A DNA stretch of 64,000 bases, taken from the NCBI GenBank assembly GCA_951406725.2, contig OX597838.1, positions 20,770,001 through 20,834,000 on the forward strand. The letters are read 5' to 3'. This DNA comes from Octopus vulgaris (Eukaryota). Made by a program: the position numbers and the translations under genes. The notes below the pieces were generated by a model. The model did no database searches. It had not been told where the DNA came from and saw nothing but the letters and a program-made list of their open reading frames with translations. Positions 50,372-63,439 of the stretch are shown here, piece after piece. How positions within the stretch are numbered: the first letter of the stretch is position 1; every line of letters starts with the position of its first letter.

Positions 50372-53300
50372 ATATCAAAAATATACATAAACCAATGTGA
50401 CCTTCCTTTTTTAAGGCAGTACAATTTGCTTTGATTGAGATTTGGCTGTTAATGCTGAGCCTCAGATCAGTTCTTGTCCAGCAAAGGCAATACCAAAGAC
50501 GTTTCAGTAATGATCTTTCCACCTTTCACTCGGACAGTGTAACTAGGGCTACGCTACATTGGTTAATGTGTTCTTCTTTTTAAAGATAGGAGGGTTTTGT
50601 TCCATGCAGATTTGGCTGTTGTTGCTCAGCACCAGGTTAGTTCGGATCCAGCAGGGGCATGATCAGAGAATAATGATCCTCCTGTCTTTCATTCAGACAT
50701 AATGTAACGAGGACTACATTGTTTAATGTACTCCCTTTTACTCTTTTACTTGTTTCTGTCATTTAACTGTGGCTTACTAAGAATAAGTCTTGAAGTCGAT
50801 TTGTTCGACTAAAAGGTGGTGCTCCAGCATGGCTGCAGCCAAATGACTGAAACAAACGAAAGAATAAAAGGATATTGTAGAAGTTTATTGGACAAATTTT
50901 AACATCAAAATCTCACATGGACACCCAGTAGTCCATAGGTAAAACAAAAAAAGTGGTTTAAAACCACTGGTTTCGTGGTTGAAATTAGTGGAGGAAGAAA
51001 AAAAAAAATGCCAATAAGTAGAAAAGGTGTTAAGGTGGAAGAGAAACTGCGGAGGAGAGAGAAAAGGAGGCAGAGAAGTGGTAGATAGGAGTGGGTGGGC
51101 TAGCGAACATCACAAGTGGTGAGATGAAAACATGAATGAGAGGGTGATGATTGAAGTGCCCTGGGAAATGGCAGAGGGAAGGTGGGTACAAGTGGATTGA
51201 TGGAGATGGTGAGGTGAGAGACTGACTGGAGTGAGTAGAGAGATGAATGGATGGAGGAGTGACGGTGGGTGAAGATGGAGCGATGGTGATAGGTCAATAC
51301 AGCCTCTCATCTGGATAATGTTTGCTCATTTATGCAACCACTAGATGGCACTTCTCTTAGATGTTACCACATAATTACTGGAAAAAAAGAAAGGAATGAA
51401 ATAAGGAATGCTTCATAATCTCTTACCATTTACTTGTTTCAGTCATTAGATTGTGGCCATGCTGGGGCACTGCCACAAAGAATTTTTTTTTGCTATAGTT
51501 GAATGAATCGACCTTAGTACTTATTTTTCTGTTAAGCCTTGTACTTATTCTATTGGTCACTTTTGCCAAACTGTTAAGTTACAGGTACATAAGCAAACTA
51601 ACACCTGTTAGCTGTCAAGTGGTACTAGGGAGCAAACATGGACACAAAGACACACACACACACCAGCTTCTGTCTACCAAATCTACTCACAAGCCTGTGG
51701 TTGGCCTGAGGCTATATAGTAGAAGACAATTACCTAAGGTGCCATGCAGTGGGACTGAACATGGAACCATGTGGTTGGGAAGCAAGCTTTTTAACACACA
51801 TTTTTTTTCATTTATTTGTCTCAACTTATACTGTTCCGTTGATTCCAAGAATAATGAAATAATGCTAAACATGGCTACCAACAACTAATAACAACTTGAT
51901 CTTTAAGAAGAAGAAAAAAAAAACATTAACGGATGAAAGGCATGTTAACAATTCAGCCAGCTCGCTGCCTTAATAATAACAATAATAATAGTAATAATAA
52001 TAACAACAATCCTAATTCTGTCTATTGTAAGCAGAAGGCCCGAAATTGTGAGGGGGGAAACAGTCTAATACATTGACCCCAGCATATGACTGGTTTTCTA
52101 TTTTACTGATCCAGAAACATCAAAGGCAAAGCTAAGCTTGGCAGTGTCAATACCTATTGGTTTACTATAATGATTTCAACAACTGTTGCCAGTTTAAGAA
52201 CGACATCTATTCACAGACGTAAAGGTTCTCCCTCGTATATTTGTTGACTTTGCAGTAAACATGCTATTTTGTTGGGTTTTCATGCATGCACATACACACA
52301 CACACACACTCTCTCTCTCTCTTTCATATGAATGAGTAGGTAGGGGTGGCCATATAGCTGTGTGGTCCTTACGAAACAAACAGTCCACAGTTTTTGTTGT
52401 CTTTTTTTTTGCTACTATTTCCTACTTAGTTTTTTTTCTCTTTATATTTTTGCATTTTAAATATATATTTTTTTTACTCCCATTTTTCATATTTATGACT
52501 GGTGTAGATATCCTTTATTATTATTATTATTATTATTTTGTGGGGAAGAGATTGTTTCTACAAGTAAGTACAGATAACCATTCCTACTGCTAAGTACTGA
52601 ACTGTAAAGTCGGAAATGGACGGACACATATGTACACACACATGCACAGGCATTGGTGTTATGATGATGATCATCATCATTGTCATCATCACCATTATCA
52701 TCATCGTCTTCATCATCCCCATCTGATGTTTCTTTTTCTATGCTGGCATGAGTGGAATGGTTCGACATGAACAGACGAACCGGAGGACTGTGCCAAGCTC
52801 CAATCTCTGCTTTAACCTGATTTCTACTGCTGGATGCTCTTTCTAGTGCTGACCATTTCACAGAGTGTAGTGCCTGTTTTTTTCGTGTCACCAGCACTGG
52901 TAGAGTCATCAAGTACCTGCAAGACAAGGTACCCCCCACCCTTCGACCAGCATAAAACCACCTTCCCCTCTACTACAACCGCACTTAGTTAACAGATCTT
53001 CTTCTCCTTTCACTTGCAAGTTACTTAGCAACCTCACCAGTGCCGGTGTTCACCCTGCTGCCAAGAAAAAGCACTCAGTACACTCTGTAAGGTGTTAGGG
53101 TAAGGGTATCCATCTGTGGAAACCATGTCAAAGGAGATACTATTGTCATATTTGTATTTGTTGAACTGTAAGTCTATTGATGTAAAGAACATGAAACAGC
53201 TTTGTTTTTCTATTTCTGTCTTTCTATTTCTTATGCCTGTGCTAGTAGGGTGCCAAGAACACCATCCGATTGTGATCGTTGCCAGAGCAGCCAACTGGCT

Positions 53301-53713
53301 TCCGTACCCGTGGCACGTAAAAGGGCACCATTCAAGCGTGATCATTGCTTCACTGGCACCTCTGTCGGTGGCACGTGTAAAAGATTCAAGCAAGGTCATT
53401 GCCAGTACCGCCTGACTGGCCCCCGTGTAGGTGGCACGTAAAACGCACCCACTACACTTTCAGAGTGGTTGGCGTTAGGAAGGGCATCCAGCTGTAGAAA
53501 CTCTGCCAGATCAAGACTGGAGCCTGGTGCAGCCATCTGGTTGCCAGCCCTCAGTCAAAACCGTCCAACCCATGCCAGCATGGAAAACGGATGTTAAACG
53601 ATGATGATGATATAAGGCTGATTTTTCTTCTATAAGGATTGATGTATATTTGATAATGATTTATTTATTATTAATTACTGTTACTTAATCCTTTTTCTTT
53701 TCTTTGATTTCAG

Positions 53714-53771
53714 AGCTTCCCTCGAAGATGCTGAAAATGATATCGAACTACTGGAAGTTAGATTGGAGAAG
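53714..53771 (+). CDS. ACAP2: Internal coding exon (probable exon 2) of an ACAP/centaurin-beta ArfGAP gene, BAR-domain N-terminus
   Basis: Pyrimidine tract + tttcag acceptor and GAG AAG|gtaaga donor. 58 nt, phase 2 to phase 0, reading (R)ASLEDAENDIELLEVRLEK. This matches vertebrate ACAP2 RAALEEVEGDVAELELKLDK as recalled; probably co-orthologous to ACAP1/2/3. Confidence 0.9.
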
Positions 53772-53959
53772 GTAAGACTTTATTCTCCTCCACTAGATGC
53801 CACTGATCCCTTTTATTTTTCATTTTGCCATAACCCTATGTCACTTTAAGCCTATTTAACTCCAACCCTATTTCTTCTATCTATTTCTGTGTTCTATGTT
53901 GTTTAATATTTTGTATCGTTGGTTTATTTTCCTTGGTTTGAGGTTCATTACGAGAGAGG

Positions 53960-54340
53960 ATGATCATTGATGTCCTATGCCTCTCCAAGGAGTGTAGGCC
54001 ATCAGTGATCTCCCATTACTTGTCTCTGTCCAGGGTCTTCCATTCCAATTGTCCCCAGTTCCATCCACATTTTCTCGCTTTTTGCGATGTTACCACGTAT
54101 TTAGGAACCTTCTTTTCTTTTAATCCAAGATAATCCCCCAGAGAGATTACCATGGATGACATTGTGTTGGGGCCTTCTAATGTTGTGTTCAATCAAGTGC
54201 CACTTTTCTCGCTTGATCTCTCTATTGTGTCTGCTACTGAGCACTAATTCACTTGTCAAAAGCCTCAGTTGTCCTACTTTGAGCCATTGTACTTCACTCA
54301 GTCCCAGGTTGTATCTCTTGCATTTGACAGTGACTTTTGC
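53960..54340 (-). mobile_element. Decayed RTE-type LINE 3' fragment
   Basis: The minus strand gives WGQLEWKTLDRDK*W...GL, an RTE-like C-terminus. Confidence 0.45.
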
Positions 54341-54802
54341 TGTTTTGCCACTCTCATACCTGGTTCTAATATTCTATGAAACAGTGGTGGTTTTGATATG
54401 TCTGTCAAGGAAGTTAAATTCCTTTCCAGTATAGCTCTCCGGGTTACAGAATCATGCAAACTCCCCTACCATCACAAAGGACGGAATTAGAGCAGTGAAT
54501 TCAATTAATTTCCTTGTATAATCACTGGTCTTGTGAGACAGATCAGGATGTGACTTTTAACTGCATCTGGTAGTGGGGATCTGGTTTGGTAGTCCTTAAG
54601 CTTTGAGGAGTGTGAAACCACTTCTTAGCCTCTATTGTTCTCAGGTCTACTCTGACCCAGAGTAGTTGCATCTACCAAGGTAGGTCCCAACTAACTTAAG
54701 TTAGTTATGTTAACTAACATATTAGCACCTGAGCCTGAATGTATAGAATTCATGGGATGCAGCATGGTGGATGTGAACTATTTTGGCAAATAAATATATT
54801 AA

Positions 54803-55022
54803 CCCTTTCATTACCAGCCTGGCCAAAACTGGCTCTGGCTCTGAATTCAAATGTCTTATTTTCATAAGTTTTGAATTAAAATCTTCTACCAAACCTTAGT
54901 CACAACTTATGTTCCTAACACTAGCTGAATGATATCTAAGTTATTTTACTAAATTCTTTGTTATATTTAAAGTAATTGAAAGAAACACAAAGCATCTCAA
55001 AATAAATACAGTAACAAAAGGG
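54803..55022. mobile_element. TTAA-flanked MITE, family B
   Basis: TTAA|CCCTTTCATTAC...GTAACAAAAGGG|TTAA. Confidence 0.85.
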
Positions 55023-55872
55023 TTAAGTCAGTGAGACAACAAACTGTCAATGACCGGTCAATCAACCAGTTCAGTTAGTGAACTATTGCTGTCATTTGTA
55101 GTTGTGGTGTGCATAGACATTTCAGCCAGCAAGATCAATGTGATTAAAAGCCAAGCCAGTTGGCTACGTTACTTTCCTTCATTGGTACGTTTACTGTGGA
55201 AGAGTTGCATTGGTCTGGGCAAATCACCAGTTGTTGATGATCAGTAGTACTTATTACTGTTACATTTTATTTATGAGTCTTGCGAGAACGAGTCAGAATT
55301 CCATTTCCAGGTTTTATATCAACCCAGAACTAAAAGGGTCAGAGCTAAATATTGTAGTTTCCATTACTGTTATACTGTTTGGTGTTGGTGATTTTTAACT
55401 GTCATCTAGAACTTGCATGTGAATTTAGCTCAATGATAGGTTTGCTACTCACCTTGTTTCATCCTCAATGCCCTCAGTTCATTACCAGTTGTTGTTTTAT
55501 TGTTGTCCATCCTGAGATGTACAGTTTAATAACAGGCATGGACAAGCCTTTTTGAGGATGTTAAATGATGAATGTACATACACAGAACCCTACTGCTGTC
55601 GGGGAAATAGTATTGCTGCTCAATATGCAAAATAGGTGTCATTAGCAATTGTATTTGGTGCACTGTCAGTGGAGGGGAACTTATGGGAAAGAGAGTTCAG
55701 GGAAGACTTGGAATGATGTGGTGAGGAGAGATCTGAAGTTGTTGGCATCTCACAGAGGAGATGACCATTGATTGATAGTATATTCTTTTCTATTCTAGGC
55801 ACAAGGCCCGAAATTTTTGGGGAGGGGGCTAGTTGATTAAATTGACCCCAGTACTCAACTGGTACTTAAATT

Positions 55873-56515
55873 GTGGATGCACAAGAAATGCAGATGGACA
55901 ACAGGTAGGCTAATGGAGAAGGTAAACTTCACATGTGAGCGGTGCAAAGGGCCAGTAAGTACTAAACCACGTGCAAAACTGACTCCCTCTAATATTTCTA
56001 CAAGTAGTAGATAGTTTTGTTATCTAGGGGACCTAATTATCATTAGGGGTGGGCGTATTGAAAATGTATTAGCTAGAGTGAGAACTGTCTAGAAAAAGTT
56101 CAGAGAGGACCTCTTTTAGCAACAAAGAGCTTCTCTCTCAGAGTGAGGGGTGGACTGTATAATGCTTGTATGTGAAGCACAATGCTGCATTGTAGTGAGG
56201 GATAGTCCTTGAATGATGAGGATTTGTGTAGGCTAGAAAGACACAAAGAGACTATACTCTGCTGGGTGTGCATCAACATATTTGAGCTGAGAGAAAAACT
56301 GAATATAAGAGGAATCAGAAATAGTGTGCAAGAGAGAAGACTGCATTGGTATAGGCACATGATAAATACGGCTGAGGAGAATTCTATAAAAAAAGTGTTG
56401 CACTGTCAGTGGAGGGAACTTATGAGAAAAAGAGCTCAGGGAGGACTTGGGATGATGTGGCGAGGAGAGATCTGAAGTTTTTGCATCTCACAGAGGAGAT
56501 GACCATTGATTGATT
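55873..56515 (+). mobile_element. Decayed RTE LINE ORF 3' part
   Basis: WMHKKC...FTCERC Cys/His motif, VVDSFCYLGD-like segment and ELREKLNIRGIRNSVQERRLHWYRHM (RLRWFGHV-like); frameshifted. Confidence 0.75.
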
Positions 56516-59256
56516 GATGGTATATTATTTTCTACTCTAGGCACAAGGCCCGAAATTTTGGGGGAGGGGGCTAGTTGATTAAATTGACCTCAGTACACAA
56601 CTGGTACTTAATTTATTGACCCTGAAAGGATGAAAGGCAAAGTCAGCCTCGGTGGTGATTGATGGTATATTGTGTAAGACCTGTCCACTTGGCCAAACTG
56701 GTCTCTGGGTATTCTCAAGTTTATAGTCATGTCTTCATTATGGCATTAGTGTTAGAGATGTCATAACTATGGCACCTTGGGCAAATGTCTTCTACTATTG
56801 CCTCGGGCTGACCAAAGCTTTGTGAGCGCTGGTGTGTTTATGTCCCCGTAACTTAGCAGTTCAGCCAAAGAGACTGATAGAATGAGTACAGGCTTTAGAA
56901 AATTAAGTTCTGGGACCGATACATTTGACTAATTATTATTATTAGTAGTCTCTTGAGTCTGAGAAAGATGGTTCCACAATCTCTTGCTGAACAACCTGCA
57001 CAGGTGATTAGATTGTGATCAAATATTTCTGCTGCACATCATCTCAGTCTTTCCATCAAATTCACATTACCTGTACAGTTACATTGTGTGCCACACATAA
57101 TATATAAAAGTGAAATGAAGTGTTTTGCTGAAGAACACAGCACACCACCTGGTCCAGAAATTGAACCCATGATCTCATGATCACGAGGGCAGTATCCTAC
57201 CCACTGGGCCATGCATCCTCACAGGATAGAGTTAGTGATGTCATAACTATGGCACAGGACACATAGTTATGACATAGAACAGCATTACAGTCATGTCTTA
57301 ACCATGACATGACAGTGGTACACTGGTGTCTCATGTCCTGAGATGTAGAACAGTATTACAACGATGTGGCAAAGAAAACAAATTTAGAACAAGGGGTATA
57401 AGTATAGGTGTGGTAATTAAGATAATCACATGCTAATTAGGATAATACTGGTACTAATTAAGATAATAGTGGTGCTAATTGCAGTGGTGATGAAGATGAT
57501 GGTGATGATTATGATGGAACAGTTGGGTTTACTCTTCTCAGACACATCTGGTTTGAGTCAATGAGTGAATTTCTTGTGGTAGCTCTCAACTTGTACAAAT
57601 TACAGCAAATTCCTCCTCAAGTTACAACTTGCCATTAAAAATATAAAACAACAACAAAAAAATAAAGAAAAAACTCAGAAGAATGCTATAGCTGATGAAA
57701 AGGGCTGACCTGGGGTTAAATAGCAATAACATAGCATGAGTGACATAGTACATTATGTTATAGAATCCTCGTCCTGCTGCAACAGAGCTGGCCTGGGGTT
57801 AGAAAGCATACAACAGGAGAGGGGTTATTTATTCTGCTGATCTTTGGAAATCATCATCATCATCATCGTTTAACGTCCGCTTTCCATGCTAGCATGGGTT
57901 GGACGATTTTGACTGAGGGCTGGCGAATCAGATGGCTGCACCAGGCTCCAGTCTTGATCTGGCAGAGTTTCTACAGCTGGATGCCCTTCCTAACGCCAAT
58001 CACTCCAAAAGTATAGTGGGTGCTTTTACGTGCCACCGGCACGGGGGCCACTCAGGCAGTACTGGCAACGACCTCACTCGAATCCTTTTACTCATACCAC
58101 CAGCACAGGTGCCAGTAAGGTGATGCTGGTAACGATCCCGCTCAAATGGTGCCTTTTACATGCCACTGGCACGGAAGCCAGTTAACCGCTCTGGAAACGA
58201 TCACGCTCGAATGATGCTCTTAGCACCCTACTAGCACGGGGCTCAAGTGCCAGTAAGGCGACGCTGGTAAGGATCACTACACTGGAACGTGGAAAATGCA
58301 TAGCTCAGTAGTTAGAGCGCTGGGCTCACAATCATGAGGTAGTGAGTTCGGTTCTTGGACCAGGCTGTGTGTTGTGTTCTTGAGCAAGACACTTTATTTC
58401 ATATTGCTCCAGTTTACTCAGCTGTAGAAATGAGTTGCAACGTCACTGGTGCCAAGCAGTATTGTCCTTTGCCTTCTTCCCTGGATAACATCAGTGGTGT
58501 GGAAAGGTGTGGCTGGTATGCATGGGCAACTGCTGGTCTCCCATAAACAACCTTGCTCAGTCTTGTGCCTCGGAGGGTAACCTTCTAGGTGCAATTTCAT
58601 GGTCATTCATAACTGAAGTGGGTGTCTTTACCCTTTACAAGGAATGTAAACCTGACATCACCATTTTGCTCAGATGGTGTCATGCAAAGATAGAATGCAA
58701 AAATTTCACGCGTGCGCACCCCTCCCCTCACACTCATTCACTCACTAGTTGGTCCAAAATTCATGTAGTAAAATAGAACCCACAAACATATGGTTATGAA
58801 GCAAACTCCATATCCAAACAACTATGCTGAGATGACTGGCTGTTTGTTGTGCTCAAGAAGACTCGTCCACCTTGGCAAAAATGAGCTCCTAAAAGCTCGT
58901 AATTTTGCCTATATGCACCCCCATCCATTTAAGCTGTTTCCACAACCCATCTTCCCAACACTATACCTCCATCACTCTTCTAACTGCAGCACCATCTTGG
59001 CTTTTGTAATTATAATCAAATGAGAGGAACACATTTCATCCCCTACACTTTTGTGCTCCCAGTTGCCTCTCTCCTTGGAACCACCTCCCTTTGGCAACCA
59101 CCTTGCACTTTCAGTATTGACCCCATATTATTGAACACTATTTCATAATGGCCATGACCCTCACCTCCCATCCCGCTCATCATTTTCTGCGAATACAGAT
59201 TCCATGAAAAAAAAAAAAATGTATACATACTTCAAGAAAGGAAAAATCTGTATAAA

Positions 59257-59701
59257 TCTATACATATAAAGCTGAAGTTGTCTGTGTGTGTGTGTGTGTG
59301 GCAGGTTTGGTAGCCTTCAACTAACACTATCTCCTCCGAGACCCTGTGGTGCAAGTTGACCAAAATTGAGAGTATGATAGAAGAAGGTTTGTTCTTCATT
59401 CCGTAGAAGAAAAAATTCAAATTGGTCCATGTCAAGACCAAAAATTATTTACATCAAAAAGGTGCTTTTTTTTCTATGAAAATCCCTATTTTTTATGATT
59501 TTTTGACTGCTGTGTCACCATTTTTCGGTGTATTTCAACCAGAAAAATGTTCACTTAAAGAGAATAACAAGCTACATAATGCAAAATTTTTTACTTTTCA
59601 AAAAAGATTGAAACTATGTCAAAACTTTAACACGACATCAAAGTCTGCCGTTTTAAGCGCAACTAAAAAACAAACCCGAGCAACGCCGGGCTACACCGCT
59701 A

Positions 59702-59702
<1 letters not shown>
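59257..59702 (+). mobile_element. Non-autonomous Helitron
   Basis: A|TC 5' end, subterminal hairpin CCCGagcaacgcCGGG (59675-59690), CTAG|T 3' end, no TSD. Confidence 0.85.
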
Positions 59703-59738
<36 letters not shown>

Positions 59739-60152
59739 GACATTCATCAACATGGTTTCTAAATTCCACACTTAGAAAGCATCAGCCTACCTGAGACTCT
59801 GCTAAAAGACGTTTGTTCATAGTTTCCGCACAATGGAATCAAAAATCCTTGAAACCACATCGTTAGAAACTGAACTTCCTAATCACACAGCGATGCCTAC
59901 AACACCTATGTTTGAACTATGTTATCATGATGGCTCTTTAATTCCGTGTAAGCATTTCCTTTCCAAAGTATTTCTGCTGCCTTTGTGGGACAAAGGTTTG
60001 TCTGTTAACTTTGGCAGGTCTCATTGCTTGCTTTACTGATAGAAATCAGAGAGAGCTGTTTTCTTATTTAATCCTAACAATTTGGTGTAAAGGCTAATGT
60101 ACATAATAGGCTGCATTTGTTTTCACACTCATTATACAACCACTCATATGCA

Positions 60153-60192
<40 letters not shown>

Positions 60193-60366
60193 ACACCTCA
60201 CAAACACCCCCACTGTGTGTGTGTGTATGTATATATGCATATATATATATATGTAGAGGTATGGTGATGCAAGCAGGAAAAATAGAACTTAAAATATGAG
60301 TATCTATATATTTTTATTATTTAGCGGAAGCAGCGGAGTGATTCATACACATGTACTAAAAAACAC

Positions 60367-60929
60367 AGGCGTGGCTGTGTGGTAAGTAACTTGCTTCCCA
60401 ACCACATGGTTCCGGGTTCAGTCTCACTGCATGGTGCCTTGGGCAAGTGTCTTCTACTATAGCCTCAGGCCGACCAAAGCCTTGTGAGTGGATATGGTAG
60501 GTGGAAACTGAAAGAAGCCCATCGTGTATATATATATGTTTGTTTCCCACCACCATCACTTGACAACTGATGTTGGTGTGTTTACATCTCCGTAACTTAG
60601 TGGCTTGGTAAAAGAGACCGATAGAATATGTAATAGGCTTACAAAGAATAAGTCCTAGGGTTGATTTGATCGACTAAATCCCTTTAAAGCAGTGTTCTAG
60701 CATAGTCGCAGTCAAATAACTGAAGCAAATAAAAGAATATATATATATATATATAGGCGTAGGAGTGGTTGTGTGGTAAGTAGCTTGCTTACCAACCACA
60801 TGGTTCCAGGTTCAGTCTCACTGCGTGGTACCTTGGGCAAGTGTCTTCTATTATAGCCTCGGCCCGACAAAAGCCTTGTTAGTGGATTTGGTTGATGGAA
60901 ACTGAAAGAAGCCCATCCTATATATAAAT

Positions 60930-60977
<48 letters not shown>

Positions 60978-61352
60978 TCATCATCATCGTTTAGCGTCCG
61001 CTTTCCATGCTGGCATGGGTTGGACAGTGCAACTGGGGTCTGGGAAGCCAGAAGGTTGCACCAGGCCCAGTCTGATCTAGCAATGTTTCTACGGCTGGAT
61101 GCCCTTCCTAACGCCAACCACTCCATGAGTGTAGTGGGTGCTTTTTCGTGCCACCGGCACAGGTACCAGACGAGGCTGATATCTATATATGTATGTGTGT
61201 GTGTGTCTGTTTGCCCCTGCCCCACCAGTTCAGCAAAAGAACCTGATAGTGTAAGTACTAGGCTTACAAAAGAATAAGTCCTGTGGTCAATTCATTCAGC
61301 TAAAGGCAGTGCTCCAGCATGGCTGAAGTCACATGACTGAGACAAATTAAAG
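60367..61352 (+). mobile_element. Two tandem S2 SINEs, the second interrupted by an inverted S4 in its internal microsatellite
   Basis: S2 at 60367-60738; S2 head 60756-60920, S4(-) 60976-61180, S2 tail 61200-61352. Confidence 0.8.
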
Positions 61353-63295
61353 AAAAGGAAATACAAATAAAAAAAAAGGTATGGTGATGCAAACAGGAAA
61401 ATAGAATTCAAAATATGACTATATGTATATTTTTATTAATATTTATCAGTAGTAACAGTATAATTCACATTCATGTACAAAAAGGCTCACACATATTTGA
61501 TTTCTCTCTCTCTTTAATATATCTACTGAGAGATATATTTAGCCTGGTACATACAAAGACTTGTAACACATGCATATGCTTAGACTTGTACGTATATATT
61601 TTCGTATAAGGATATACGCAAAGCATGTCAATAGATATATGCTTGTGCACACATGCACAACATATGCATTCATTCTCATCTATTTTTGTTATTTACCTAA
61701 TTATGAGAATTTCCTCAAAGCTTACTTATGATACATCTGGCCTCAGCTGCCATTTCTCACCTCTGACCTTCTTCATGTCATATCTGATCCTGTTTACATT
61801 GAGACTATGTAATTACAAACCTAGGGACATGTGTGTGTGTGTGTGTGTGTGCATGCATGTATATGTCAGGTCACTGTTATTGTTACTACGTATTAAGAAC
61901 AGAGGTAATATTAATACCAAGAGGTAGTATTTATCCCCACTTAAAGACGGATGTTCTGTTAGAACAAACTATACTGTGGTAGATACCACGAGAGACACTC
62001 TCATATAGGCTTTTGGTGCAAAATGTATGTTTGTGCATAATGCACACTTGACGGACTTCTAGTTAAGTTATCATTTTGTTGGTGTCCTAGGTTATGATGT
62101 TGCTTTTGTGTAGTAGTTAGCTCATCTGTACTTTTAGCAACAAATGCAATATTTCCTGTAACATTGTCTGTTGAATCCAAGTTTCAACTTGTCATCTCTC
62201 TCTCTCTCTCTCTTTCTATATATATATATATATATTATAGAGGGCATATATAGGTGGATTTTTTTCTCTTATAATATAAATAAATATATTTAAGTGAAAA
62301 AATTGGTGGATTTTTTCTCTTATGAGGTTTTTCATGCTAACTACTTGATAAATTCTTATGAAGATTTTATCCTATTTTTAAATTGTAATATATATATATA
62401 TGTATGATGGACTCTCCTATCATTAGATGACTTATTAGGGTTTCGACAATTTCTTACCGAACGACCACACAGATGATTTGTTTACACTGATCAAATGTTT
62501 GTGTAGACATAAGCTCACTCCCTCCATCACTTCGACATTACCTGTACAGGTGCAAAAGGTGCCATATGCTAGATGTCGAAATGATTGCAGAGCAATGTGA
62601 AATGAAGTGCTTTGCTCAAGAACACAATGTAAAAAACACCATTCGAGCATGATTGTTACCAGTGGCACTTGTGCCAGTGGCACATTGAAAACAACATTCG
62701 AGCGAGGTCACTGCCAATGCCGCTGGACTGGCTCCTGTGCAGGTGGCACATAAAAGATACCATTTGAGTGTGGCTGTTGCCAGTACCGCCTGACTGGTCC
62801 TCGTGCCGGTGGCACGTAAAAGCACCCACTACACTCTCAGAGTGGTTGGCATTAGGAAGGGCATCCAGCTGTAGGAACTCTGTCAGATCAGATTGGAGCC
62901 TGTTGCAGCCATCTGGTTCGCCAGTCCTCAGTCAAACCGTCCGACCCATGACAGCATGGAAAGCGGACGTTAAATGACGATGAGGATGTATGTAGTATTC
63001 TGTTCAGATTCATATGTCAGTATATGAAATATAATTTTATACTTATAAGAAATTAACCGTGAGTTATTGGCAGTTTTTTTGCAGCCCTTCAAAGCTATTA
63101 TCCTCATTTATTTAACTTGTCTAGCTGAGTCTGTTTTACCTTGCTACCCAACATACCTATCAGGAGTAGCTATAACTACTTCAACATTTCCGAAACTCAG
63201 TGATGTGTATGTGTAGTCAGCTCTGTAATATTGCAATTATTTTGACTATGTTATGAATTTATAATTGTTTTGTTCTTTTCCACTGTATTCCACAG

Positions 63296-63354
63296 CTGGT
63301 GAAGCTTTGTTCCAGTATGATTGAGACAGGAAAAGCATTTCATACTGCAAGCAA
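63296..63354 (+). CDS. ACAP2: Next coding exon (probable exon 3) of the ACAP/centaurin-beta gene
   Basis: ttttcccactgtattccacag acceptor and AGC AA|gtaagt donor. 59 nt, in frame with the previous exon: LVKLCSSMIETGKAFHTAS(K/N), versus ACAP2 LVKLCIAMIDTGKAFCVANK as recalled. Confidence 0.92.
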
Positions 63355-63439
63355 GTAAGTTGCTTTTGATATTCTCTTTTTCATCTTTTCCATCCATACA
63401 CCCATCTACACCACCCACTATTCCTAGGAGGGTTGTAGG

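Noticed and set aside
52493-52570. Possible alternative first exon ending at caa|gtaagt (52563)
   Set aside because: The ATG-initiated frame ends in phase 0, incompatible with the phase-2 start of the 53714 exon, and runs through a (TAT)n repeat.
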